Assembly (NCBI RefSeq): GCF_036321535.1
Contig: NC_087447.1
Span: 43,278,001 to 43,342,000, forward strand
Origin: Camelus dromedarius
Lineage: Eukaryota
Length of the DNA stretch: 64,000 bases
Reading direction: 5' to 3'
The notes below the pieces were generated by a model. That model worked only from the letters and a program-made list of their open reading frames with translations, was not told the DNA's origin and made no database searches. A program made the position numbers and the translations under genes. Positions 26,101-40,305 of this stretch are shown in pieces. Position 1 is the stretch's first letter. Every line of letters starts with the position of its first letter.

Positions 26101-29100
26101 CATTTGTTCATAATGCGGGATTTAGCTAGCAGAGCCCTCTCCTTTGTCAAACAGAGAGCCACTGCCTTTATATCCGCCAGCAAAGAACATTTTATTTTGT
26201 AACCTTTCAGAAAAGCCTATGAGTTTGCGTTTTTGACCTGGTTTTTTTCCCCCTAATCTAAGAAAACCATGGTTGTTTAAAATGTGAAATGCATTTTAAA
26301 CAACCCTACTCAGAATTCACAAACCCATCTCTCTAGCAAGAGGAATTAGACCCTGAAATGCAATTTAAACTATTTGCAAAGTTTATTACCCTCAACACAT
26401 CATCTTTCGCTCCACAGCCCTTCCCTTTTGCGGCTAATGGATCATAAATACCACACTCTAAAGCCACCAGGTCACTGAAGGACCAGCATCCTGTTGGATA
26501 GTGCTGTGGGATTGGAACCAAGTTGTTTCACCTCTCTGGCTCGTTTTCCCAACTCTAAATGGGAAGAAAAGTTCCAGGACCTACAGAGGCAGCAAGTAGA
26601 GAGGAAAGAACACCAGACCCAGATTCCAGCCCTGGCTTTGTCGCTACGGTGCTGTGTGACCTTGAGTGTGTATGTCACACTTGAGTGTGTGCCTCGGGAA
26701 ATTCAGGGGGTGGGATGTTCTCAAAGGCTACCTTCCAGCCCTCAATTTCTCTGATGTTTTGACTCTTTACAGCAAGGCTGTTAGGAGACAAAAGAAGGTG
26801 ATTAGAGTTTGCTCAACTCTGAAATAAGGATAGGAGTCTTGTATTTTAGAAAAGAAACACACAGCAGTGAAAACACACTAGACTTAGAACTGAATTCTTG
26901 TTTTCTCTGCTTAAACTCACTGGGTGGCCAGGGACCACTCACCTTGGCTCACATCAGTTTCCTCATCTGTTCGATGGGGACAATGCACACCTTGCCTACT
27001 GCATAGGGTGCATGAGGCTGAACGGAGAGCAGGAACGTGAACCTGTGATCACTGTGTCGAAAGTCCAAAGCACCACGGAGGTGTGACAACATTTAGTAAT
27101 TTGAGCTCCCACTTACTGAGCCCTGGCGCAGAGCCCGCACTGTGCTAAGCGTTACCTGCATTATCTCATCGCTTACTCACAGCAACCCTGAGGAGCTATT
27201 ATGTAAAAGAAAGCTTAAGCACTGTGGGTGGTCACAAGAGCAAGGATTTACTGCCTTGGTCAAAGCCTGTGCTTTAAGGCCAGATGAGGATGAGAACAGG
27301 TAGTCCCAGGGGCTGCCGCCCCACCTGGGCTCTGGGAGGAGGGAGGAGAGGACCACTTCCCCCTCAGCATCTCTGAGCTCTGTGCCACCCCTTCTAGACT
27401 TCCTCAGGGAAGATGGTGCCTGGGGCTGGTGGGGCTGGTGAGTGGTACCCAGCTCTGCCTTTCTCCAACTCCAGGATGCTCCGGACCTCTCTCAGCATCT
27501 CTCTCCCGGCTTCCCAGGCCTCATCATTGCCCGCATTCTCTCTGCATTTACTCTGCAGGCACCACCCTCCCTGCTGCCGAAGAGCCCGCCCTTCCAGATC
27601 CTGCAGCTCTGAGGCTGATATGGGGCGAGTGACTGGGAGTGAGGGGCTCCAGTCGGCAGGATGAGTTGGCTTGATTTTCTCAGACCAGTTGGCCCTGTCC
27701 GAGCCCTGACACTCGTCAAGACTCCGGGGTCTTCCTGGAGATGGGCAAGCTGGGCTAACCCTCTACAAGGACTCCAGAGGTCTCCCCTCCCCAGCAGGCA
27801 GGGCTCTGGGTGGTGCTGTGTGCTCCTCAAGCTCTGGTCCCCCTCCACTCTGCCCCAGCCTCCTGACCACCTGCTCCAAAATCCCCAGGTCCCTGTGTTG
27901 GGTCCCAGCTCCCCAGACTCGCACCTCAGTCCATCTGGTTTTCACAAGCAATCGGTACCTATTTCTCTGGCTCAACGCAACCTATTTTTAACTTTGCCCC
28001 ACCCCACCTCTTGGCTCTGACACTCTGTAGGATCCTCCCCTGGACCCCAACCAGGGCAGCTGACCAGACACTAGCTGATGCTGTTGGTTGATGTCCTCAC
28101 TTGATCTGAAGATGCCTTTAGTGTCTTGAATGTTGGGAAACCCAAATTCTAGGTCTAGGTCCCTGGCCTCCTACATGACCAACAACAAATCTCTTCCCAG
28201 TTTTCTTGGCCTCAGTGTGTCAATCTATAAGATCAGAAGGTTGGATTAATGTCAAAGGCCTCCAATGTCACTCGAGTTCCATTATCCAGGGCCCCAGCTG
28301 ACAATTAACATGAAAAAAACCACACATTCCTCACCTCCCCCTCCAAATGCCCTGGGAGAGCTGATCAGAAACACTGAGACTAGGTTCACCTCGCTCTCAC
28401 ATCCCTAAGCAGAAGCATGAGGAGCAGGGACCATCCCTTACTCAGTCACACACCCAGGAGACAGGGTGCAGAATGCACCCTGGCAATGGGTCTGAATCCC
28501 CTCCCTCCCCATGAAAAAGAGTAGAGGTGATAAGCACATATGAACAACCCAATGGAAAAGTAGATAGACAAGTCCCAGAGAAACTCCAAACAGCCATTAA
28601 TATGTGGAAAAACACGGTATTTCCTCCCACTAACCCCCCATATCCAGTCCGTCACCAGGTCCTATTGATATTGAATCCTAAGTGTCCCTTCAGTTGATCC
28701 CCTTCTTCAGTCTTCTCACCATTTCCAGTACCACCGCCCTTATCCATACTAGTTCATCTGTGGCATGGGATAACCTGTGTGCTTCAGGTGTGGACTCTGG
28801 AGCCAGATCTGCTGGCTTCAGACCAGGCTCTGCCACAAACTCCCTGCGTACCTGGAAACTTAATAGTTAATACACATAAACCACTTTGAGCAGCGCCTGG
28901 CACATAGTAAGGAGACGTATGAGTTAGCTGCTGTTACATAATGAGCTGCACCCCCTTTCCCTCTGGCTCCCTGGCAGGCTGTTCTCACATGGCAGTGAGA
29001 GTGATCTTTTCCAAATGCAAATCTACCATTGCACCTGCTGCTTTAAATCTTTCACTGACATCTCTTGCTTACAGACCAAAAACATTTTTAAGTGTCCACA

Positions 29101-29458
29101 GAGCTGATTAAGTTTCTCTTCTCCAGCCATACTGGTCTGCTTTCAGACTAGCCAAGCTTGTGCTCTCCCAACCTCTGCAAATGTTGTCTCCTTGGTCTGG
29201 AATCTACCTCGCACCCTCTCTCCTTCTAGTCCCAGCTCCTGTTGCTGAGCCCGAGGGTGGTGGTTCAGTAAGGATGGAGCCAAGCCAACTACAATTTTTT
29301 AAAAGTTCCTGAGGATGACATGAACAGTCATTAGTCCACTATATTAGAAAGCAGAGTCATAATTTATATGATTGAAAATGGCACATGGTCCTGGGAGCCT
29401 GAGAAAACTTAAATGGATCAACAAGAAAACCTCTAGAATCAGAAAATTCATCAAAGTC

Positions 29459-29613
29459 TATATTCAATACCTTATAATAGCCTATAATGAAAAAGAATAT
29501 GAAAAGGAATATATATATGTATAATTAAATCACAATGCTGTACACCAGAAATTAACATGACATTGTAAACTGACTATACCTCAATTAAAAAATTTTTAAA
29601 TAAAAATTAAAAA
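29459..29613 (+). mobile_element. Short L1 3'-UTR insertion within an old L1 remnant (~29.3-31.0 kb)
   Basis: Same 3'-UTR family as the 45.1- and 50.8-kb copies; 18-bp TSD with 3 mismatches (29441-29458, 29614-29631). Confidence 0.75.
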
Positions 29614-32600
29614 AGAAAATTCAATGAAGTCACCAGATAAAAAGATAAAGGAAATAGTCAATAACATTTCTATTATTACAAAATAATAATCATTTATAGA
29701 CTGAAAAAACATCTCATTTACAATGGCAAGATTATGTAGGAAATCCTTTAAAATCACATTAATACAATTTCTTTGTGCTCCATACGAAGAAAATTATAAA
29801 ATATAACTGAGATGTATAAAAAGAACTTGAATGGAGATTCCTAATATAGTCCTACAAGATGAGAAGACTATTTTAAAGATAGTAATTCTTCCTAAATTAG
29901 ACTTCATTTAGTTCAAGGCAAAATTTGAAGGGGATTCTGACACTTGATAACATGCAGGGATTTCTTAAGGTTCCCTTAGGTGATGATCTAAGGGAGGGAA
30001 GGCACACGCCAAGACAGTTTGTGAATCAGGCTTCCATGTCAAGAAAGGCAAAGGCATCACTTTGCCTTGCCGGCTAGTGTCAATCAACAGTGGTCCTAAA
30101 TTTCGTCTCACAAAGCAGTTGGGTCAATGATTCAATTAGGTGTCCACTCAGTACCTCAAAAGTGAGGGCTTTTAGGAGTAAATGAACTAATTACAGGTGA
30201 GGTGTTGTTTTTGAGTTAACAACTTGGGGAGACTGGGCAGCAGGAGGCAGACTCTTGCACCAAAGCAAACAGATCTAGGGATGGAGACAGACCGGGCAGG
30301 AAGCTTGGGCCCTTGCTGGGGAGGGGGGAAGGGTGCAGGGCTGGTGGTGCATGTTCAGAGGATGTGTGGGCGGGGCATGCTCCCCAGACTTCCCACCTAC
30401 ATGGGAAGCTGCCCAGAAGCTCCTGGTCTCAGGCAAACCCTCAGTCACTGTGCGATCACCAGCACCAGCTACATCCATCCTGAGGGAGCACGCCCACACT
30501 GTGTGGGCGCCCTTCCCTGCATCCTGGGATGGCAGGTGAGGGCGCTAGTGAGGGAGGGGGTGGTCCGGGACTTGGGACCACTACTTCTTTTTTTGCTTAT
30601 TTCACCCCATCAGTGGGCCTCTTTTCCATTTTCAGAGCCATGAGTTAAGAGTGCCCAACTCAACACAGTGCCCTGTGTTGACACCCAAGATCAGGGCAGC
30701 CTGGGATAAACTATTTCCCCGCCCTTGATTCCTTTAGAAAACCCAGGTAAAAATTATCAGGAGGAAAAAAAAAACAAGTAAGGAAAGCAAAGGACATTCT
30801 GACGATGATGGCTGATGAGAGGGGCAGTCCCACTAGATATTAAACTATATTAAAGTGACAACAACTAAAACAGTGTGTTGAGGGACATGAATCTCACATG
30901 AATCTTCAATGGAAGAAAATAAGCAACCCAGAAATATACCCCATTCTCTGTAAGAACTTAATTTAAATGTTAATTACAAAAAGTACTAAATAAGAAACTG
31001 GGAGTACAAAATTGTGACAACAGTGTAAAATGAAGTGTGCCTGTGGTTATCTGGAACGGGCAGAGGGAAACGTTCCAGAGCTGTGAGCTTTGGGCTGATT
31101 TTTAGTGTAAGTAATTGAGGCTACTTTAGCAGGTGGTTTGTGTAGAAGAAAGCAAAGCAAAGAACAGTTCCACAAAGCAGAAAGTACACTGGAGTCTGAA
31201 CACCAGTCACAACTTCTCGCTGCTGAGTGATTTGGGGCTGGTCTTCCCCTTTGTGGGCCTCAGTCCAACAGTTCAGAGATAAAGGATTAACACAAATGAC
31301 CTCTTCTGGCCGTTACCAGCTCAGCCATTCTTCTGCGGTTTGACAGTCTGGGATGTCATCCCCCCTTTTTGGTTTCTATAGCAGGACTTAATGGGAGAAC
31401 AGAAACTCAGACCTTTCCTGCCCCAAATCTTTGAGTGATGCTATAGGCCGGCTCTGTGCGTCCCGGCATTGAGGCTCGCTCTGTACCCGGCCCTGTTTGT
31501 TCCTGGGGCCTGAAGATGAGTAAGACATGGTGCCGGCCTGTGAGGATCTCAGGGCAGTGGGGGACACAGGTGGATGCAGACACAACAAAAGATAATCCCA
31601 GGCAGAGAGAAGTCAGCCAGCGATGGGGTCCAGAGCTACGGGGGCACAGGGGAGGGCAACGCAGTCTGGCCAGGGGTCAGGCAGGACTTTGCAGCAGAGC
31701 CCACACTTGAGGCTGGAGAAAGGTTTAATGAAAAGGGGGTGAGGGAGACACAGGAGGTAGGAGAGAGCATTGGGGTGGGTGGTGTTGAGAATGGAATGAA
31801 TGGGGGGAGAGGGGATATGGGGTGAGTATTTATGGCCAGGCTGAGTGTTTAGCCTTGAATCTCTTAGCAACAATGAGAAATCGGGGAATTGACATGGTCC
31901 TGCCCCGTTCAGGTCCCAGGGGCCTCAGGGCAGCTTCCAGCTGCATCCTCCCTCCTAGGCTGATGCTGGGATGACATATTAGCCACAGACCGAACCAGCC
32001 AGAGAGCTAACTGCCATGCCCGGGCCCCATTCCGTGTCTATCAAACCCAAGATGGACCCCGGGGTCACAGAGAGAAACCCCTCATGGTGAGCGGATTCTG
32101 AGGTCAGCAGGAGTCAGCAGCCACAGAAAGCACACTATCACACAGGAATGGACCTACTCTGTGCAGGAGGGGTGCTGGCACCTTCCATGTATTATCGTTA
32201 CTCCTTACTCGACTCTGAATGTGAGGTGTTAATAAACCCATTTTTCAGATTCAGAAACAGAGACTCAGACACTTGCCAGAATTTAACCCACCCACTTGCT
32301 GCTTCCCATGTTGGGCATCCACTGGGCTAAATTCACCATGATCCACAGGTGAGATTAACCTAGAACCTGAGGTTCTATTCCAGCTCTGTCCTGGGCTTGC
32401 CAGCACGCATGCTGCCTGCAACACCCCCCCCCCCACTCCACTCTCCAGCCCAGGGCCCTCCTGCACCACACATGCACATACACACGCACACACACACACA
32501 CGACCCTGCTCTGGGGGCTCCAAGAGACAAAAGGAGGGAAACTGGCATCTGTTGAGCATCATCTGCCTGTGCTAGCACTTTTGTGTATTCTTTTCCAAAG

Positions 32601-35600
32601 TAATCTCTTCAATCACCCTAAAGTGAATACTCCCATTTTACAGAAGAGGAAGTGAAGGCTCAGAGATGGTAAACTGACATCACTCAGTAACATGGAGTGC
32701 CAGGATCAGACCAGGTTATCTGAATCTGAATCTGTGCTTCTGCTGCACCAAACCACTTCTCAGCTCTGTCGAATTGCCATTTGGGGCCCCTTCCATGTCC
32801 CCTCTGTCTGTTACCACCTGCCACAGCCCCACCCAAGCCCTGGGCCCATGAGCAGCAGGCCAGGAATGAGAGGGAACAGGATTCGCTTCTTGCCCAAAGC
32901 CTGGAGGACCTTGGAGCCCAGGACTACTCCCCGCTGCCCCAGCAACATGCTTGCTGCACCCTCAGCCCCATGTCCATGATCCAGGCCTCTGCAGACCCAA
33001 ATCCAGGTGCCTGGCTGGAGTGCTGATCCCTGGCCAGCTTCTCCCAATTCCCCTCCAAGAGGCTGGGCCCTGTTGTCTGTATCACAAATTGGCCCTGTGT
33101 CCTCCCTCCCCAGCACCCTGCTTCAAAGTAGACAGGCCCTTGGACAGGGACTCCAAGACCCCCTTGGCTACACAAACTGCCCTATGGCTCCATCCTACCC
33201 AGAATACCCTTGAACATCCATGTCTGACTCTTTGTTCTCCAATTTACCGAGTCCTTTGACACTGTGACTGCCAACTTCACACACTCCTCTAGATCCCGCT
33301 GCCCCCCCAGCCATGTCTGCCTGGACTCACTCTCCTCCCTCATCTGGCCTGTCTGCTCTGAGATCCCCAGATGCCCTGTGGCCCTGCCCATAACAGCCTT
33401 GGCACCCAGTTTCCATCACTGGATATATCTTGCCCCTGAACCTCACCGTCTCAGTTTTGGGTCCCTGATATCACCAGTGAGCCCTCACAACATTATCTGC
33501 AGCCCACAGCCCTAGATCCTGACTTGGGTTAATGTTCCTAAGGCCCTCCTGGTCCCAAACTCCTCATGCTTGGACCTCAGCCAAGACATGAGAGCCCAGA
33601 CCTTACAAACATTCCTGGCCTTACCCAGCTGGCTTCTCTGGCCATCATCAAAGCCCTGGTTTGACAGGCAGTGGCAAACTCTCAGTGCAGCTCCCCAGTG
33701 GTGATCAGGATCAAACAACAGGCAAGTATACTACAAAGCCCAAATAGGGTTCATCCCCCATGACCACAGCCACAAGCACAACATGGCCATCTTCATATCC
33801 AGAAGGCCCCAGTGGGTGCAGGTGGCTGTGAGTCACCCATCGCTCAGCCTCAGAGCAAGTGGAACTGTGGTCCTGATGTGCACACTGCCCTGATGCTGGG
33901 GACGGAAGGATTAAGTCTAGAAAAAGAACACTGTGCATTTCCCAGCCCTGGTCCAGCTCTGTGACTCAGGACTGATCCTACTATAATCCTTGCCCATCAG
34001 GTTCTTGGGGTCCTTCAGAGAGAAAGCCCAACTCCACCAGTCACTACGCAGGACATACTCAACTTCACAGCATCGCTCCAGACCGATCGATATGACCAGG
34101 CAGGGAAAATCAAACCAAAATAAAACAGCTCCAAACAAATAAAAACAACAAACCTTAACACTGGAGGGCTGTGTGGACAAGCCATCCATAATTGGTGTCA
34201 CGGTAAACAGGTTCAATATTTCCAGAGAACTCTCTAGTAATACGTGACAAGAACTATAAAATTGTGCACGCCCTTTGACCCAGTGATTCCACATGGGGAA
34301 TGCTTCCCAGTAAAACATTCAGAAAGTAATTTGTACAGAGATATTCATAGCAGTGATATTTATAATAGCAAGAAATTGGAAAGGGCCCAAAGGTTCAGCG
34401 CTTGCGGATTGACAAAGCAAACTGGGTCGAATGAGCATCTCAGATGCACTGCGGCCAGGAGGCGTGGAAGTGCGCAGGGGCGGGGGAGATGAACGCGCAT
34501 CCCTGGGCAGGCCGGATGGGAAACAGGGCTCAGGGCACCCCAGACTCCAGCTCCACCGTGTAAACGCTCAGTTACCTCATGTTGTCTTCACGTTGACTCA
34601 GTTAAGTCAGTAACCTTCGTGTTAATTAGGAGAGCTTTAAAGGTCACTTTTCAAAAGGCATTATAAACGTTTAACAAGGAACTCCACTGATGAAATTCCG
34701 TAACTACCCTTGGGTCTCTCTCTAACCTCCATTCTCTTGTGTCTGTGCGGAAGGGGCCAGGCTCACCCGCAGGACCACACGGGGGTGGTGGAGGGGCTGT
34801 CATGGGCCTGGGTGCCCTGGGCTCCGGGTGGGCTGCGAGGGCCAAGCCTGCGTGGGAGGCCCCACACAGGTGCGAGAATGTGGTGCAAGAATCCCACCCT
34901 TTGGGGCTTCGTCCTCCTCTTCCTGAGTCCTTCTCCCTCCAGGGCCCGCCCCATGCACCATTCTTTCTCTTCTGTGCCTCAGGAAGAGGTCATTGAAGAG
35001 CATGTTGGGTTCTCCCCTCACGTGAGATTCCAGAGGGCCAGACCATCCCCAAGAGTCCAAGCACAGGCATCCAACAGGGGCACTGCGGGCAGAGGCCTGG
35101 GCTTCCGCACGGCCAGTCAGATGGCCCGGCGGTGCTTTCCTCACTCAGATACAGCTGCCCAGCACAATACCCCAGGGGGCTTTAAAAACAGAGATTCCTA
35201 GGCCTCATCCTCAACATTTAGGGGGCCTGGGAACATGCATTTTAAAAACATTACAGAGGTTCCCATGAGGCAAACCACTGTCAGAGCCTTTGATGCCTAG
35301 GAAAGAAGTCATGGGCCTGCCTTCCTGGGCTCCGGGGTTCAGAGGGCTCTTCTTTGGGCCGAAGGCCAGTTTGCAGTCAGCAGCCATGGCAGAGACCACA
35401 GCCCCTCACACACACGCACACCCACGCACACGCACGCTGATACACACATGACCTTCCAGGGAAGGCCCCAGCTCAGTAGCCTATAACACTGGGGAGGGTT
35501 CTCAGGCCCCTGAAATGGAACAAGGCTCCTTAGTTCCCCAGAGACCTAGTTTCCCGGCCTCTGCGTTGACCCAAGCAGAGTGTTCCCCTGACACAGGCTG

Positions 35601-37279
35601 CCTCCCAGCTGTCCGGGTCCCCCACTGCCTGCTGCAGGGCGGCTGCAGAGGCTCCTGGTCCACGCCCGCATCCCAGGTGGGGCAGTGGGGCCTGTGGCCC
35701 CGGCCACCCAGGCCATACTTACGGAGTCATCTTATAAAGCTGCGTCCTCCTCTCAAACAGCGACCCTCCCCTGGCCCAGGGCCACACCCCGGCCACGGGA
35801 GTGGCCTGGACAGACTCGGTCTCACCGCCCCCTGTCTCCACGACTCTCTTCAGCTTCACATTGCTGCTTGCGTCCCCCAGCCTGTTGTCAGGAAACACCA
35901 AGAGTCGTCATCCCGGCCCCAGCCAACCACCCTGCCAAGTGACAACAGGCTGCAGTGGCCTCCCTGGTCCCTGGGAACCGAGAGCGCAAGCCGGGGGAGA
36001 GGGAGGGACTCTGGGGTGGGGGGGGGGGCTCATCCCAACGGTCCTGGAGCAACTTTCTGAGCCCCATCGAGGATGTCAAGGAGGGGACAGGGAGGAGGTC
36101 ACTTCTGCTGAGATTTCCTCCAAACTGTTTCCGAGGGAGCAAGAGACCTGGGGACCTTGGAGCCTCTCCAAGGCGCAGTCTTCAGGCCGGGGATCCGATG
36201 CCTTAGGAGGTCAGGGCAGAGGCAGCACAAGTTTCCCAGCAACGGGAGGGTCGTATACGCTGGGGTATGAGCTTGGGCTGGAGGAGCACGGGGCAAACAA
36301 TCATGATCTCTGGCCCCTCTGGGCTGACCTCCTTCTCCTCCCTCAATGCAAGATCCCAGACCAAGGGCATGCAGCGGGCCCTCCCCAGCTCAGGGACCCT
36401 GCCCTGAGGGAGGGAAGCCAGGCGTGGGCTTCTTGGGGATGTGAGGTCACACGGACTTGAAGGGTCCAAGTTTTCCCTGGGGGCACTGGAAGGGCATTTC
36501 CTCTCATGCCTTCTGACACACCAGACTAGGCCCAGCCTCGCCTCTCGTTTCTTGACAGTGCCCAGCTGAAAGGGGTGCTCGGGGCAGCTCTGTGGGGTTA
36601 GGGGAAGCCAAGGTTACCCGCTAAGGCCTCTAGCACATGGCGGGCATCGTCACTGAAGCCAGACTTTAGAAAGAAACCAAGAGTTCTTCATCCTGTGCAG
36701 AGAATCTGTTCTATTCTTACAGCAACAGTGGACAGAGAACAGCAAGGGACAGGGAGGCCCCTTGCTGCTTCGCAGCCACCCTCACACTGTGTTGTCCCTG
36801 GGAGCCATGGGGAAGGGCCTGTGGCCATCAAGGGACAGGGACCCTCACCCCGGGGGCACTGATGGCTGAGGCTGGTGACCCACCATCCAGGAGAAGGGAG
36901 CAAGCTGAGCTGCATCGACTGCTGAAATTGCCCACAACTAGGCCGAGTTCTGCATGACCTTGGGCACGACCGTGACTGCGCTACATGGAAGTGGGCATCG
37001 GGGTTCACACAGCCTCTGTCTGAGGGTATTCAGTTTTCTCATCATGCTTTATTACCCTTCAATCTCCACAGTTCTATGTTGACAAGGCTTCTCAGACTTG
37101 GGATCCTCTGACCCTGTGGTTTTAGTTGGCAGCCAACATAGGAAATATAAAAGCAAGTGGTTCTGGGTGAAGCTGGGGCTTGGGTGGGGACTGGAGTGCC
37201 GCACTCTCAGCCTCTCTCTTTCCCTCCAATGATTCCCTGGAGATAGTTCTGGGTGACCCTGGGGCTCCAAATATCATTT

Positions 37280-37430
37280 GAAAGTCACCGGTCTGGTCCA
37301 ACCTTCCCATTTTCAAATAAAAAAGCTGAGGCCCAGAGTGGGAAATGATTTGCCAAAGGTCACACAGCAAGTTGGCAGCAGAGCCAGGACTGGAGCTAGA
37401 ACTGAGGCCCCAAGACTCCTTCGCACTGTG
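37280..37430 (-). mobile_element. MIR SINE (representative; others near 1.45, 19.3, 19.7, 20.4, 24.9, 32.6, 46.2, 46.6, 57.5 kb)
   Basis: cccattttcaaataaaaaagctgaggcccagagtgggaaatgatttgccaaaggtcacacagc is the MIR core, reverse orientation. Confidence 0.8.
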
Positions 37431-38877
37431 ACCTCCAGCTCTTACCTAAGGCAGCCGGCCACACCAAACCAAGGTTCTGAGCTCCTCCAGCCTTCTCCCA
37501 CCCACTCTCTGGTTCTCTTGAGTGGAGGGACCTGGTGTCTGGGCCACCTGTTCCAGAAATGAGGCCAAGACAGGCACCTGAGTTCCTGGCCCTTCAAGAC
37601 TGGATCCAGACACCCGTTTTGAGATTCTTATTCTGTGTTCTCCCAGGGAACCTTTCCACTCCCATGCCCCCCACCTACCTGCTGGGGTTCCCAAACTACA
37701 TCCTGATGGCTCCCCTGAGCTCCAAATGCCTCAGGGTCCCTCCAGAAGTACCCCCAACTCTCCAGGTCCAAAACTGAACTCACCTCACTACAGACCTGCT
37801 CTTCCTCCCGTGTCTTCTGGCAACATGAATGGCCCTGCCAGCTACTCGATCCCTCCAGAAACCCAGAGGCCACCCTAACTCTTCTCTCCTTCCCCAAGCT
37901 CTGTGGATTTGAACTTCAACGCCCTTCCATCGGTCCCCTCCCCTCTGTCCCCCATGCCTCTCTCTGGGTTTAGGCCTCACATGTCTCCAGCTCCTTCCAA
38001 TCTCCCGACCTCCAGTTCACCCCACTCCAAGAGCATCACACTTTCCAAAGTCAATCTGAGCACATCACCTTTCTGCCAACCAGGATGTTTCAACAGGCCC
38101 TCCTTCCACAGGATAGAATCCATACCCCCGGGGGGCTACGTGAGCTGCCCCTCTGTTCCCTGCTCTTCTCTACCCGCCCCTCCAGGCTGGCCCACCTCTG
38201 CTGTGCTCCAGCCACCCACCCTCAAGTCTCCTTCCATATCTCTCAGCGCAATGTCACCTTTCTCATCTCCCTGCCTCTACACACATCCTCCTCTCTCCCC
38301 AGATCAATATTTCTCCCAGAGTGGCCTGAGGGGTCACCTATTTCACCATCCCCAAGCACACGGCAGACTCCTGGGCACTGCACTGCCCAGACCCACCGAA
38401 GGAGAGTCTCTGCGTTTGTAACAGAGATCCCGTGGGTGCTGTGCACCCAGGTGCTGAGGAGCCCCTGTATCAAGTCCACTGCTTTTATCCCCGGCTCCCT
38501 CCTCTCCTAGTGGGGTAAGGGGCCCCCTTTCTGCCCCACACTCTCAAGGGCTGGGACTAGGTGTCTCCCCCACTGGGCTGTGAGCTCCAAGCAGGCAGGG
38601 ACCATGTCTTCTCCCAACTTGTAAATCCCCACCACCTGGCACACAGCAGGGGCTTAGGTAGCTAGTGCTGAATGAATGGGGCCTCTGGGTGAGCCCCAAA
38701 GCCCAGGAACAGGAGGAGGTCACAGTGGAGCTGGTGAGCAGCTGCAGTTTGTCTGGCAATCTGAGAAGCTGCCCGCAGGGTCTCTGAGCTTGCATCTGCC
38801 CCTTTCCCCTCACCCCATGCCCAGTAAAGGAGACATGTTAGGGGGGTAGGTAACGAGGACCTATTGAGAGCTTTAAA

Positions 38878-39856
38878 CAGTGGTGTTTAATACCTAACTC
38901 TCCAAGAAACATTTGCATGCATACATACATAAGTTGATTATAAATTTTGCTGATATAAAGGGTGTAGAGCACATAACTCACAAATAAAAATTCTTTATAG
39001 CCAGTTGATTGTCCCAGAAATCAATGTGTTCATTGATTTTTGCTTTATGCCGTGTCTAAAGCCAACCTATAGTTTCAACGACAAATGAGTGTTGATATTT
39101 TCATTTAACAAGTAGGATGAGGAGGGAGGGGTATAGCTCAGGGGTAGAAGCCTGCTTAGCATGCACAAGGTTCTGGGTTCAATCCCCAGTACCTCCACTA
39201 AAAATAATAATAATTATAATTTAAAATTAAATAAATAAACCTAATTACCTCTCCCCAAAACAAACTACAACAACAAAACAAGTAAGATGAAGGTGAAAAA
39301 ACAAAACATGGGTTAAAACCTCACTCGTTCATCAGTGATATGAGAGATTTCTTTGCTGAACTGGTTAATAGTTTTTGAGTACTGGAAGACTATTTCTTCA
39401 TTAGTTTGTGTTTTCACAATGAAGCAGATACAGACATGATCAGCTTTAAAATGTAATTTGCATTCGTAAAATGGTTTTCCATCCCTTATGTCTAGACAAT
39501 CGATGAAAGAATAACTTAAGTCTTAACTTGTAGCATTTACTGACTTACATGCACTAAACACTCTGATTTTGCGACTTGACTGAATGCGGAGCTGGGAACA
39601 GGTGCATGGCAGTGCCTCACAGACACAAGGGACACAAATCACCCCAAGAGCACAGATGTAGTCAAATGTAGTTAAAAAAAAAATTAGGAAGTGGTGAGTT
39701 TTGAGTATTTATCACCTTTGTTTTTAACACAATTTATTTAATTTTACATGTATATAGTTTAATTCTTAATAACCGATATATTTAGCAACTAGCTTACAAA
39801 AATTTTCCATTATTGTACCCTTGATTCTCCTGGGGTGACGGGAGCCAGCTCCAGTA
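38878..39856 (-). mobile_element. MER63-like hAT DNA transposon fossil (hosts the SINE)
   Basis: Ends cagtggtgtttaa...ctctc and ...gagccagctccag resemble MER63 termini as recalled; AT-rich interior. Confidence 0.6.
39121..39276 (+). mobile_element. tRNA-Ala-derived SINE (vic-1-like, camelid)
   Basis: tRNA-Ala(AGC)-like head with A and B boxes, AT-rich body, ctaattacct segment, A-rich tail; 14-bp TSD aacaagtaggatga (39107-39120) / aacaagtaagatga (39277-39290). Confidence 0.85.
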
Positions 39857-39898
39857 GGGTAGCCCTCAGGAACTGAACATGACCGGCTGTAACCCACC

Positions 39899-39916
39899 AG
39901 GCCACCAGGGGGCCAG
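39899..39916 (+). promoter_or_regulatory. CTCF-like motif
   Basis: AGGCCACCAGGGGGCCAG; 12-nt core CCACCAGGGGGC exact, 3' flank imperfect. Confidence 0.45.
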
Positions 39917-40305
39917 TCCTCTCCCCAACCCTTACGAGCCTGGGTTGTGAGCTGCCAGGGATGGGATCATGCCTGTCTCCCCACGTGAGTCCCAGTTTCC
40001 TCGATTTGGCGGGGAAAAGTCATGCCCACCAGCGCCTGTCCCTTCTCCATCCATGCTCTGCACACTCGTGTGCTAGTCCATTTCCATCGCTCCCTGAACA
40101 CACACACGTTACCTCGGACACCACACACAGGGTTTGGACCCACACATAGTGCCACCTGTCCCAAGCCACACCACGTACAATGACGCGTCAGCCCCTCCCA
40201 ACACCGAGACAAACTTACGTGTATACAGCTGCCCCCTACACATCATTTCAGACAGTCCAGGTACACAGTTTGCCTCCAACTACATCTCATACGCACCCAC
40301 TACCC

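Noticed and set aside
39121..39197. tRNA-Ala gene (also 48358-48435)
   Set aside because: Degenerate stems, no oligo-T terminator, shared SINE body/tail and flanking TSDs show these are SINE heads.
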